A stretch of 64,000 bases of DNA, taken from NCBI GenBank assembly GCA_963727315.1, contig CAVSFE010000002.1, forward strand, positions 407,723 through 471,722, read 5' to 3'. Of the stretch, positions 16,616-25,346 are shown piece after piece. The DNA comes from an uncultured Chloroflexia bacterium (GTDB lineage Bacteria > Chloroflexota > Dehalococcoidia > Dehalococcoidales > RBG-16-60-22). The notes under the pieces were generated by a model that saw nothing but the letters and a program-made list of their open reading frames with translations, was not told the DNA's origin and made no database searches. Position 1 is the stretch's first letter. Every line of letters begins with the position of its first letter. Both the position numbers and the translations under genes were made by a program.

Positions 16616-19246
16616 TTATATCAAACCAAGCTCTTGAGCCCGGACGATAGCCTGAACGCGGTCTTTAACATTCAGTTTCTCGAAGAGGTGGTGGACATGG
16701 GTCTTGGCGGTACTCAGGCTAATGAGCAATTTTTCCGCAATTTGTTGATTTGAATAGCCGGTGGCCAGTAGTCGCAGTACCTCTATTTCGCGTCCGCTTA
16801 GTATTTCATGGGCCGGGGAAAGTGTAATTTTTCCTTTTATCAGCTTGTGTCGTTCCTCTTCTGCCTCGATAATGGTGAGTAATTTAGCGGCGTACCCCGG
16901 TTCTATTTTCTGAGAGATGGCCTGCCGGAGTAGCTGCGCCAACGCCATGCCTTCGTCGACAAAGGCACGGATGCAGCCTTCAGGTTTGGCCATCGCGAGA
17001 GCATCGCTCAAGAATCTCAAGGCCTCGGCTGGCGTGGATGACTCCATGGCCTGGCATATGTGCACGGAGATTAGATATCCATTTAAAGCATCTCGGGCAA
17101 ACATTTCTTCGTCCGCCTGAAGTCGTTCCGCCCAGTCGTTTTTCCCTCTTCGAACATAGAGGGCACGTATAGCGATAAGGGGACCATCGGGGGGTAAAAA
17201 CACTTCATATTCTGAAAGCTTGTCAAGCCACCGAGAAACGGCGTCCGTATTCTTCTGTGCTATCGCTAACATGACATGGTAAGCCGCGTTGCGCGCTCGG
17301 TTAAACGGCGAAATACCGGGTTCGGTGGTTAATAACCGGTCGGCTTTTTCCATAGCTTGCTTCGCCCCCAGAAAATCCCCTTGGGCTAGACGTATACGTG
17401 CCATCTGGAGATAGGTTAAATCCGGAAGTCCAATATCCCCTAAGGGCCGATTCAATTCAATGGCTCTTTCCAGATGAGATGTAGCCGCTCCCAACTCGTT
17501 CCATTCATAAAGAACAAAGCTTAAAAGGATATGAGCATAGGTTGTCGAGTTTGATCGCTCATCCAGGTCTATTACCTGTCGATACATCTTGGCTGCTTGA
17601 TTGAGTTTACCTCGTACCATGGCAACCAGTCCCAGGAAAGTGAGTGGGAGAATAACGTCCTGATTATTCCCTATTTTACGGAAAGAATCGTAAGCCTCGG
17701 CTAGCAGCGGCTCGGCTTCTGCATAAAGATATCTGTTGATACAGTCCATTCCTACCATAAGGCATACGTAGCTACGCGTGGCTATATCAGCTGGCGGCAG
17801 CAGCGCTAGCGCCGTCTTGCCGTATTCCATGATAAGGTCGGTATCCCCTTTAATTAAGGCCTGGAGAGTCCGTAAAGCGGCGACACTGCCCTGAAGTCGA
17901 TTATCCTGAGTTGACTCTTCGAGATATTTTAAAGGGGCTTCGGCAGCGTTGAGCTGGCCTGTTCCCAAAAGCGACCTAATATACAGCAAATAAATGGGTA
18001 TGTTGGTGCGTAGAGTTTCCTCGGGTATTTGCTTCAACCAGTTAAGCAGTATTACCCACTCGCCCCGCCCGGTCAGACGGGGGTCATTAATGAGTCTCAT
18101 TGCCGTTTCCCAGTCTTTAGCCTCCAGTGCGTGATGGATGGCATCTTCCGAAAATTGGTGTTCCTCATGCCACTGACACGCAAGACGGTGCCATCCAGAT
18201 ACTTTTCCTAGACCGAACTCAATTTCCAGCTGGTGTCGCAGGAGTTCGGCGAAGAGATGCTCATAGCGGTACCATTGCCGCGACTCGTCCAGTGGGACGA
18301 TGAAGAGGTTGTCGTTCTCAAGCCTGAGAATCATCTCCTGGCTGTCATGGCGTCCGGTGACAAAATCACACAAGGGAGCGGTTAACCGTTCCAACACCGA
18401 AGTCTTTAAAAGAAAGTCCCGTATTTCGTGAGGCTGTTGCTTTAGCACTTCTTCCATGAGATAGTCCATGATATAACGCTGGCTACCGGTGAAGCTGGTT
18501 ATAAATCGTCTGACATCCGGCTGACGACGTAAGGAAAGCGCTGCCATTTTGAGTCCCACCGCCCAACCTTCAGTGCGCGCATTTAAAGTGTCGATATCAC
18601 TAATAGCAAGACTGGGGCTTTTCAATTCTTTAAGCAAAGTAGCCGCTTCATCGTGAGTGAAGCGCAAATCATCTGAACTTATTTCTAACATCATCCCTTT
18701 ACCACGGTAATGTACCAGGGGTAAAGGAGGGTCAATTCGAGATGCGATTATCAGGTGCGTCTTTTGAGGCATATGTTCGATTAAATAATTGATGCCGCTA
18801 TGTACTGGCATTGATCTTATAAAATGATAGTCATCTAGGACAATCGCAGACTGGAATTGAACGTTGTCCAGTTCATTGATTAATATGGTTAGCAGCGGTT
18901 CGATGGGCGTAGGTTGCGGCGAACGTAACAGAGCCAGAGGCCTTTCCCCGAAGTCAGACTGCAGGGTCTTTATGGCAGCTATTAAGTACTCCCAGAATCG
19001 GACGGGTTCGTTATCCCCTTCGTCTAGTGAAACCCAAGCGGTACATATTTTCGGCTGGCTCTGGCGTGCCCATTCGCTTAAAACCGTCGTCTTACCAAAA
19101 CCAGCGGGGGCTGAAATGAGAACGAGGTTATAAGCAAGGCCTTCTTGTAAACGTTCCAATAAGCGTGGGCGTGGTACCAGTTGTGTTCGGACTATAGGGA
19201 TATTGAGCTTAGTTTTTAATAATGACGTTTCCACATTCGCCTTCAC
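16616..19246 (-). CDS. MalT-like STAND ATPase / LuxR-family transcriptional regulator
   Basis: 876 aa. Walker A is ISAPAGFGKTT. A long TPR-like middle region follows. The C-terminal LuxR/GerE HTH is LSGREIEVLRLLATGYSNQQIAEKLLISLSTAKTHVHHLFEKLNV. Confidence 0.85.
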   Translation of the reverse strand: MKANVETSLLKTKLNIPIVRTQLVPRPRLLERLQEGLAYNLVLISAPAGFGKTTVLSEWARQSQPKICTAWVSLDEGDNEPVRFWEYLIAAIKTLQSDFGERPLALLRSPQPTPIEPLLTILINELDNVQFQSAIVLDDYHFIRSMPVHSGINYLIEHMPQKTHLIIASRIDPPLPLVHYRGKGMMLEISSDDLRFTHDEAATLLKELKSPSLAISDIDTLNARTEGWAVGLKMAALSLRRQPDVRRFITSFTGSQRYIMDYLMEEVLKQQPHEIRDFLLKTSVLERLTAPLCDFVTGRHDSQEMILRLENDNLFIVPLDESRQWYRYEHLFAELLRHQLEIEFGLGKVSGWHRLACQWHEEHQFSEDAIHHALEAKDWETAMRLINDPRLTGRGEWVILLNWLKQIPEETLRTNIPIYLLYIRSLLGTGQLNAAEAPLKYLEESTQDNRLQGSVAALRTLQALIKGDTDLIMEYGKTALALLPPADIATRSYVCLMVGMDCINRYLYAEAEPLLAEAYDSFRKIGNNQDVILPLTFLGLVAMVRGKLNQAAKMYRQVIDLDERSNSTTYAHILLSFVLYEWNELGAATSHLERAIELNRPLGDIGLPDLTYLQMARIRLAQGDFLGAKQAMEKADRLLTTEPGISPFNRARNAAYHVMLAIAQKNTDAVSRWLDKLSEYEVFLPPDGPLIAIRALYVRRGKNDWAERLQADEEMFARDALNGYLISVHICQAMESSTPAEALRFLSDALAMAKPEGCIRAFVDEGMALAQLLRQAISQKIEPGYAAKLLTIIEAEEERHKLIKGKITLSPAHEILSGREIEVLRLLATGYSNQQIAEKLLISLSTAKTHVHHLFEKLNVKDRVQAIVRAQELGLI

Positions 19247-19422
19247 CCCTAACTTATTGGGGATTACAGGCGGAGTTATTATAGCATAAATAGAATGAAA
19301 TTGAACAAAACCGAGATATGTTTAACCCTGTGTGGTTGCACAAAAGTCAGAAATGTTCAATTATAATTCGGCGTATTACACAAAACGTCAAGTTGTTCGG
19401 TACTGCTCGGTGGAGGTCGATC

Positions 19423-19617
19423 TCAGACTTTTACCTCTTTAACTCGACCAACATGACCGTCTTCTAAACGGACTTTGATACCATGGGGGTGAACAGGTGA
19501 TTTGGTCAAAATGTCTTTGACTATCCCTTCGGTTAGTTTTCCAGACTGCTGGTCTGTCTTCAATACTATTAAGACCCGCAAGCCCGGTCTTATGTTAACA
19601 CGATCTGTGCCATTCAT
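19423..19617 (-). CDS. YwbE family protein (DUF2196)
   Basis: 64 aa. ...GLRVLIVLKTDQQSGKLTEGIVKDILTKSPVHPHGIKVRLEDGHVGRV is the typical YwbE pattern. Confidence 0.7.
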   Translation of the reverse strand: MNGTDRVNIRPGLRVLIVLKTDQQSGKLTEGIVKDILTKSPVHPHGIKVRLEDGHVGRVKEVKV

Positions 19618-19935
19618 ACTGCCAACTCCATCTTTTCCATCATCGTACCATATCTAGAAGAGGAAGCCTTGTCGGTGTTAGAATGTCTTGTTTACACGCA
19701 CTACTTTTGGTCGGCGGGTCAGAGTGCTAGCCTCAGGTAACAATGCATCTTTTTGTGCAGGCAAAGATTAACCATTTCGATGAAAAGTGCAATCATACTT
19801 TTTAGCTATTTGTTTAACCTCGCCGTATCATATAAAAAGCCATTTTGTCAACCATAATTACCTTTGAATTCAGACCAGGGTATTTATTATCCCCCCATTT
19901 CAGCCTTTGGAGTGCCAATAGGTTATAATGTGCAT

Positions 19936-20940
19936 ATGGGAAAGTCACCGACTGTGGCCATTATGGGCTGCGGTCCCGGAGGAGCCTACCTATACGCATT
20001 ACTTCGGTACAAAAAGCCTGAGCTAGAAGTCACCATTTTTGACAAAACCCCTCATACTGTCTGTGGCATAAAGGGATGCGCTTGGGGAGCGAGTTGGCCC
20101 CAATTTTCCAAGCTCTCCAAGGAAGTAAATATAGACCCCGATAAGTACGTCCTCGGAAGGCATGATCATCTGCTTATCAACCAGATGAAGCTTAAGGCCG
20201 ATGGGGTTATAATAGACAAACCTTTATTAATCAAGGATCTACTCGGCGGAAAATCTCCGCTTGACCCATCAGATGCTGACTTATCTGCCTTTGAACGAAT
20301 CGTGGATGCCAGCGGTGTAAGTCGAGCTTACTTGTCATCACGGCAGGGGCTGGCTCCGGCAAATGTTATTCAGATGAGAATTACCACTACATCTATATCA
20401 TGCCCTACGGTATTTGCCGACAGAACTGGTGGTTACATATGGCTTTTCCCGCTCGGCAGAGGCGAGGCCCATGTCGGTTCTTTATCTCCACAGGGAATCG
20501 ACATCGCCACTCGAGAATTGGATCGAGTCAGGAAGATCTTAGCTGCTGGTCCAGTTCTGTGTAGTTGTTCTGCAATGATATGCCGTAAGGGGCCAGTTTA
20601 TCCATTTATCGAGGGAAAAGTCTGGGGACTGGGCGAGGCTATCGGCCTGGTGGATCCAATCGCATGTGCTGGGATAGTGCCAGCCATGACCTCAGCTAAG
20701 CTAATGAGCGAGAATTGGGACAATGATCACAGATATGAAAAACAGGTTTGGCGATGCTACTCTTATATGGTCAAAGAGGCAAAAGCGGTAGCCAAAATCG
20801 TCCGAGAAGAAAGGCTTCTTTATAGCGATTTATTACTCCCTCGTCGTGCTTTCAAGACCCTGGGCATTTACCCCAGCTTCCGTCAAATAATGAAGGTAGC
20901 ATCAACAGTTATAAAAATACAGAGCGTTAAAGACGATTAA
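19936..20940 (+). CDS. FAD/NAD(P)-binding oxidoreductase (geranylgeranyl-reductase-like family)
   Basis: The ATG at 19936 gives MGKSPTVAIMGCGPGGAYLYALL (GxGxxG). The C-terminal part has GLGEAIGLVDPIACAGIVPAM. The track ORF starts at a TTG at 19864. Confidence 0.65.
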   Translation: MGKSPTVAIMGCGPGGAYLYALLRYKKPELEVTIFDKTPHTVCGIKGCAWGASWPQFSKLSKEVNIDPDKYVLGRHDHLLINQMKLKADGVIIDKPLLIKDLLGGKSPLDPSDADLSAFERIVDASGVSRAYLSSRQGLAPANVIQMRITTTSISCPTVFADRTGGYIWLFPLGRGEAHVGSLSPQGIDIATRELDRVRKILAAGPVLCSCSAMICRKGPVYPFIEGKVWGLGEAIGLVDPIACAGIVPAMTSAKLMSENWDNDHRYEKQVWRCYSYMVKEAKAVAKIVREERLLYSDLLLPRRAFKTLGIYPSFRQIMKVASTVIKIQSVKDD

Positions 20941-21179
20941 ACCCTACAGCACGAAGCAGGCTAGGGCTCGTGGTTTAGTAAAGATCAACGGATTATTAGC
21001 TGCACAATTAGATGGATTGTGACATCTAATAATTACTATCAATAGCCGCCGTAGTTCGAGTCTAATATGATGGGTATTAGGGAGTCAGGAGATACTGCAC
21101 CCATGAATTTGTGATGTCCTAGCCCGTGATGGTGATTAATCCTGGGTGGAAAACCTCTTAAAGTCCTGCGGCGGCCAGG

Positions 21180-21689
21180 TTGTTACAGGAACTCTACGAG
21201 AGGTTTATCCAGTTTGGCGTATCCCTGTATGCGGCTCACGTACGCGTCTACCAGGCCCTGGCGGCAGATAACGAGGCAGCGGCGCTGGAGTTCCTGGCCG
21301 AAGCCCTGACCATGGCGGCGCCGGAAGGCGTTATCCGCTACTTCGTCGATGAAGGCAAACTGCTTAAACCGCTTCTTGAAAAAGCCTTGGCTCAGGAAAT
21401 TACGCCTGAATTTACCAGACAGCTGCTGGATATCATCGAAGAAGAGGAGCGGCAGAGGCAAGCCAGGAAACGAGCGGCCGCACCCCCACCGCTGCCCGGC
21501 CTCCTCAGCGAACGAGACCTCGAAGTCCTCAGGCCGCTCGCCGACGATATCCCTAACCAGCGCATCGCCGCAAAGCTAAGCGTCAGCCTGGGTACGGTCA
21601 AGACCCATGTCCATCACATCATCGATAAGCTGGAAGTGAAAGACCGCCGCCAGGCGGTCCAACGTGCCAGAGAGCTCAAGCTGCTCTAG
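21180..21689 (+). pseudogene. 3' remnant of a MalT/LuxR-type regulator (only the C-terminal ~170 aa)
   Basis: It aligns with the last ~170 aa of the 876-aa regulator (...PEGVIRYFVDEG... / ...LSERDLEVLRPLADDIPNQRIAAKLSVSLGTVKTHVHHIIDKLEV). The frame is closed by a TAA at 21159-21161, where AT-rich DNA begins. The fragment is visibly GC-rich, like the island flanks. Confidence 0.7.
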
Positions 21690-21751
21690 CTCCCTGCTCC
21701 CTCTTATCATCCCTCATACCCCTTAAAATCAATCCCGGAAATCTATCCTAA

Positions 21752-21770
21752 AATCTATCCACGATAGATT
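21752..21770. promoter_or_regulatory. palindrome AATCTATC-CAC-GATAGATT, candidate operator upstream of the small paralog
   Basis: It has 8-bp arms, with an extra direct half-site AAATCTATCC at 21739-21748. It occupies the same relative position as the 16480-16503 palindrome and shares the TAA..ATC...GAT..TTAC outline. Confidence 0.35.
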
Positions 21771-21833
21771 ACGTGCGCCTTTTTCGTTGTTAACATTAAC
21801 GCAAAGGTCGTTGCGCGCGAGGGTGAACACAAG

Positions 21834-22121
21834 ATGCGGCAAGTCGAAATCATGGTCAAGGGGCAGGTAGACCGGGACTGGTCGGACTGGTTCAGCGGCC
21901 TCGAAATCACCCACACGACCGGGGGTGAAACCATGCTGGCCGGCCACGTCCGCGACCAGGCAGAGCTTCGCGGAATTTTGTCCCGGCTTGCCGACCTGGG
22001 CCTCGAGCTGATATCGGTAAATACGTTATCAAGATCGCGCGTACCTGAGAGACCAGTAAGAGGAGGTGGTGAATATAAGACGAAAAACAGTAATTCACAA
22101 CCAAAAAACGACCAAGCCTAA
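21834..22121 (+). CDS. small conserved hypothetical protein, paralog of 16205..16474
   Basis: MRQVEIMVKGQVDRDWSDWFSGLEITHTTGGETMLAGHVRDQAELRGILSRLADLGLELISV. RBS GAGGGTGA lies upstream. Confidence 0.6.
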   Translation: MRQVEIMVKGQVDRDWSDWFSGLEITHTTGGETMLAGHVRDQAELRGILSRLADLGLELISVNTLSRSRVPERPVRGGGEYKTKNSNSQPKNDQA

Positions 22122-22146
22122 TGTTAAATTGAAAGGAGAAAGAAAA

Positions 22147-22740
22147 ATGGGCAAAAAGATTTTAATTGTAATGTCATTGTTACTCATCGTTGGGCTTCTG
22201 GCTGGTTGCGGCGGCGTAAAAAAAGCTGACCTGGATGCCGCCAACGCCCAGGTAAATACTTTGCAGAATGAGGTAAACACTATGCAGACTCAATTGAATG
22301 CTGCCAACGCTGCTAAAAGCCAGGCTGAAGCAAACGAATCTCTTGCCCGTAGTTACTATGATGCTCTGAACAAGGGGGACGCCAATGCTCTCGGTCAATA
22401 TTTAGCGCCGGACTATAAGCGATACCTCTCGGCTACAGGTACGCCGCTGGACGTTGCTGGACAGTTGAAAAGGCTGGCTGGATTAGGCGCTGTGTTCCCG
22501 GATATGCAGATCACTATTGACAATATCATTGCCGAAGGAGACTATGTTGCCATCTGCCTGACCGCTAGGGGTACACAAAAAGTAGCATTTCTAGGGATAC
22601 CTGCAACCGGGAAAAAGATTACGGTCTCTGGATTCGAGGTCGTTCGCATCGAAAATGGGAAAATTATCGAACACTGGGGGGGAACTGACACGTTCAATCT
22701 GCTGCAACAACTGGGCGCAGTAATCTCGGCAGGACAGTAA
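22147..22740 (+). CDS. lipoprotein with an N-terminal coiled-coil segment and a SnoaL-like (ester cyclase) domain
   Basis: The ATG at 22147 follows AAAGGAGAAAG. Lipobox LLAGCGG. A Q/N/A-rich heptad segment follows, then YYDALNKGDANALGQYLAPDY...GFEVVRIENGKIIEHWGGTD. Confidence 0.65.
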   Translation: MGKKILIVMSLLLIVGLLAGCGGVKKADLDAANAQVNTLQNEVNTMQTQLNAANAAKSQAEANESLARSYYDALNKGDANALGQYLAPDYKRYLSATGTPLDVAGQLKRLAGLGAVFPDMQITIDNIIAEGDYVAICLTARGTQKVAFLGIPATGKKITVSGFEVVRIENGKIIEHWGGTDTFNLLQQLGAVISAGQ

Positions 22741-22860
22741 GAGAAATCACACCTTCTTTTCGCCGATGGTCTGAGCAGAATAAAGGCACAGCGAAAAGAA
22801 GGTGCCTCCTGCCAATAGCACAAGTTCGATAAATAAATTGGATGTCGGCTTTTTGGAACT

Positions 22861-22892
22861 GGGAAGGGGGCCCCTCCGGGGGCTCCCTTCTC
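22861..22892 (+). terminator. GC-rich hairpin followed by a T/A-rich tract
   Basis: GGGAAGGGGGCCCC-TCC-GGGGGCTCCCTTCTC (one mismatch and one bulge), then TTTAAATTT. Confidence 0.35.
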
Positions 22893-23210
22893 TTTAAATT
22901 TAATAAACAGAGGGGCAAGTGGGTAATTGTTTATGGAATTGGTTACAATCACTCATTTTGTTGAGCCTGGTTGCACATTCTAGCGAGTTGTTGGGCAACA
23001 ATCCGATGGATTGTGTAATATCCTGCATTTTCAGAATTGTTAAGTCACTTTTTAGCTGATTGTCGACTAGTATACGTTGTGTTATACTACTGGTAGAGAG
23101 ACCGTCGATAAAGACTCCCCGTTTCCTTTGATGTAATACTCATGCACATAATTATACCCACTCTGAGTTGGCTATAGGCGACGTAATAAATATTCTAAGG
23201 CGTCTATTTC

Positions 23211-23522
23211 ATGAAAAGTAAAATTTGCTCGGCAATTGATTCCAAGAAAGTGATAAGCTTTTACTACAGGGGCGGTATTCGTTTCGTAGAACCATACTGT
23301 TATGGTCTTCATAAAAGTACTGGAGATGAAGTGCTTAGGTGTTATCAAGTCAAAGGTTTTAGTGAATTTGGAGAACCTTTTGGCTGGAAATTTTATCCGG
23401 TGAATGAGATTTCGAAATTGGTGATAACTGATAATAATTTTAGAGGCGACAGGAAAGATTATAACCCCGATGACACTATGATGAAGAAAATAATTTGTAG
23501 AATAGAGGGTGAAAAGCCTTAA
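23211..23522 (+). CDS. hypothetical small protein in a strongly AT-rich patch (possible WYL/SH3-like fold)
   Basis: 103 aa. ...KKVISFYYRGGIRFVEPYCYGLHKSTGDEVLRCYQVKGFSEFGEPFGWKFYPVNEISKL is loosely reminiscent of WYL-type beta-barrel repeats. No confident family assignment. Confidence 0.35.
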   Translation: MKSKICSAIDSKKVISFYYRGGIRFVEPYCYGLHKSTGDEVLRCYQVKGFSEFGEPFGWKFYPVNEISKLVITDNNFRGDRKDYNPDDTMMKKIICRIEGEKP

Positions 23523-23563
23523 AATGGCTTATCATAAGGCCTTAAATTATCAAAAACAGTTGG

Positions 23564-23956
23564 TCACTTCTTTTGCAGGTGCTTGGCCACTATCTTCAGT
23601 AAGTCATTTGGGCTGACTGGCTTATCAATATAGTCTTCGTACTCTACTTCTAAACCGCGACTACGAGGGATTCCGGTCCCCGCTCCCCTTGTTGAATAAC
23701 TGGTCAACATAAGTACCGGAATTTCAGCAAGTTTCGGGTCTTTCTTGAGCTGTTCCGCCGCCGTAAAGCCATTTTCTACCGGCATGATGACATCGAGAAG
23801 TATTAAATCAGGTCTCTCTTCTCTTGCCTTGCGTAAACCTTCGTTACCGTCAACCGCGACTATTACCTCGTAAGGTTTGCTTTCTAGCACGATCTTTGTC
23901 GACTCGACAAAATCAGCATCATCATCAATAAGCAAGATTTTGGGCTTCCTTTTCAC
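23564..23956 (-). CDS. single-domain response regulator (CheY-like receiver)
   Basis: ILLIDDD..., PDLILLDVIMP (phospho-acceptor Asp present), ...LTSY..., DYIDKP. Confidence 0.85.
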   Translation of the reverse strand: MKRKPKILLIDDDADFVESTKIVLESKPYEVIVAVDGNEGLRKAREERPDLILLDVIMPVENGFTAAEQLKKDPKLAEIPVLMLTSYSTRGAGTGIPRSRGLEVEYEDYIDKPVSPNDLLKIVAKHLQKK

Positions 23957-23997
23957 TTAAGATCGCCTCCTTAAATTATCAGATTAACTAGATAATT

Positions 23998-24396
23998 TTA
24001 GGGCTTTTTCTTCTTGATGAGTCTGCCTACCCTTTCCAACAAGACATTGGGAGACATGGGCTTCTCAATATAATCATCCACGTCCAGTTCAAGTCCGGTC
24101 TCCAGTTCATAGCGCCGCCGACTGGCTTCCTCTCTTACCGAGGTAAGAATCAGAATAGGTATATCCTTATACTTGGACCACCTCGGGTCCTGAAGTTCCT
24201 TACATACGGCGAACCCGTCCATTTTAGGCATCATCAGGTCGAGAATCATCAGGTCCGGATTCTCCGCCTTAAGAGTGGCTAACCCCTCTATCCCATCGCG
24301 CGCGGTGGACACTTGATACCCCTGGGATTCAAGAATCATGGTAACGGCGTCGAGAATATCAGGGTCGTCATCAACAACGAGTATCTTGCCAGGCAT
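23998..24396 (-). CDS. single-domain response regulator (CheY-like receiver)
   Basis: ILVVDDDPD, PDLMILDLMMP, ILILTS, DDYIEKP. Confidence 0.85.
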   Translation of the reverse strand: MPGKILVVDDDPDILDAVTMILESQGYQVSTARDGIEGLATLKAENPDLMILDLMMPKMDGFAVCKELQDPRWSKYKDIPILILTSVREEASRRRYELETGLELDVDDYIEKPMSPNVLLERVGRLIKKKKP

Positions 24397-24408
24397 TTTC
24401 GCCTCCTA

Positions 24409-25326
24409 TTATATTACAGGCCTGGGCATAAGTCCAGCCTTTGCTACCATCTCCGGGACGATATCCTCCCAGCCCACCGCCATAATATGAATGCCTTGCA
24501 CTCCGGGTATCTCTTTAAGCTGCTCGATAATTTCCAGGATTATTTTTACCCCTTCATCCTTGGCCTTCTCTGCCTTTTCCATCCTGGTGACGATTTCATC
24601 GGGTAGACTTACTCCGGAAACGTAGTCTCTCATGTAACGGGCCATACCTACCGACCTGATGGGTATGACGCCTGCTAGGATGTGCACCTGCTTGTCCAGG
24701 CCCAGGTCGCAAACCATCTGCATGAACTTGGTGAATTTGGGTACATCATAGACCGCTTGAGTCTGGACAAAGTCTAGTCCGGCTTTGACCTTCTTGGCAA
24801 GCCTTTTCACCCGGAATTCAAATGGGTCGGCGAAGGGATTGGCGGCCGCGCCAATATATATCGGGACTTCCCCGGCTATTTCCTCGCCATTAAGAAATTT
24901 CTTCTCGTCCCGCATCTTCTTCAGCATCTGAATCAGCTGAATGGAGTCGATATCAAAGACACCCTTGGCGGAAGGATGATTACCAAACTTCTGATGGTCA
25001 CCGGAAAGGCAAAGGAAATTGCCTATACCCAGGGCTACAGCGCCCAGAACATCACTCTGGAGTGCCAGCCGGTTCCGGTCTCTAACAACCATCTGCATGA
25101 CCGGTTCGACGCCCACCCCCTTCAGAAGCAGGCAGCCGGCCAGGCTGGACATACGCACAATCGCCGTCTGGTTATCGGTGATATTGACGGCATCACAACA
25201 ATTACGAAGCATCTCGCCCTTCTTCTGTATCACTGCCGCGCTGGTGCCCTTGGGGGGACCTGCCTCGGCGGTGACGGCAAATCTCCCGCTCTCCAGTATT
25301 TTCTCCAGGTTGGTTCCTGCTTTCAT
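24409..25326 (-). CDS. metF: methylenetetrahydrofolate reductase, small MetF type
   Basis: The ATG at 25326 gives MKAGTNLEKILESGRFAVTAEAGPPKG...DAVNITDNQTA...CLSGDH..., which is the MTHFR pattern. It starts 20 nt after the kinase stop. Confidence 0.8.
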   Translation of the reverse strand: MKAGTNLEKILESGRFAVTAEAGPPKGTSAAVIQKKGEMLRNCCDAVNITDNQTAIVRMSSLAGCLLLKGVGVEPVMQMVVRDRNRLALQSDVLGAVALGIGNFLCLSGDHQKFGNHPSAKGVFDIDSIQLIQMLKKMRDEKKFLNGEEIAGEVPIYIGAAANPFADPFEFRVKRLAKKVKAGLDFVQTQAVYDVPKFTKFMQMVCDLGLDKQVHILAGVIPIRSVGMARYMRDYVSGVSLPDEIVTRMEKAEKAKDEGVKIILEIIEQLKEIPGVQGIHIMAVGWEDIVPEMVAKAGLMPRPVI

Positions 25327-25346
25327 TGATTTGCCTCCTCTAAACT

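Noticed and set aside
20945-21075. tRNA-like pieces (GGGCTCGTGGTTTAG... and ...GTAGTTCGAGTCTAA) that could mark a second att site.
   Set aside because: They cannot be folded into a cloverleaf. The D and T stems do not pair and there is no matching acceptor 3' strand.
22750-22804. A perfect 14-bp inverted repeat CACCTTCTTTTCGC...GCGAAAAGAAGGTG with a 27-nt loop, just after the SnoaL-like gene.
   Set aside because: It could be a terminator or a protein-binding site. However, it lacks a U-tract and has a large loop, so I found no basis for a specific call.
21001-23022. A shared motif ACAAT-NN-GATGGATTGTG at 21004-21021 and 22998-23015, flanking the GC-rich fragment and the SnoaL gene. It could be read as cassette boundaries or attC-like sites (a GTTGGGC...AAC palindrome lies nearby).
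   Set aside because: An exact 11-mer repeat is expected hundreds of times by chance among all position pairs in 64 kb, and 16/18 identity is not compelling. No integron integrase is present and there is no clear R''/R' core pair.
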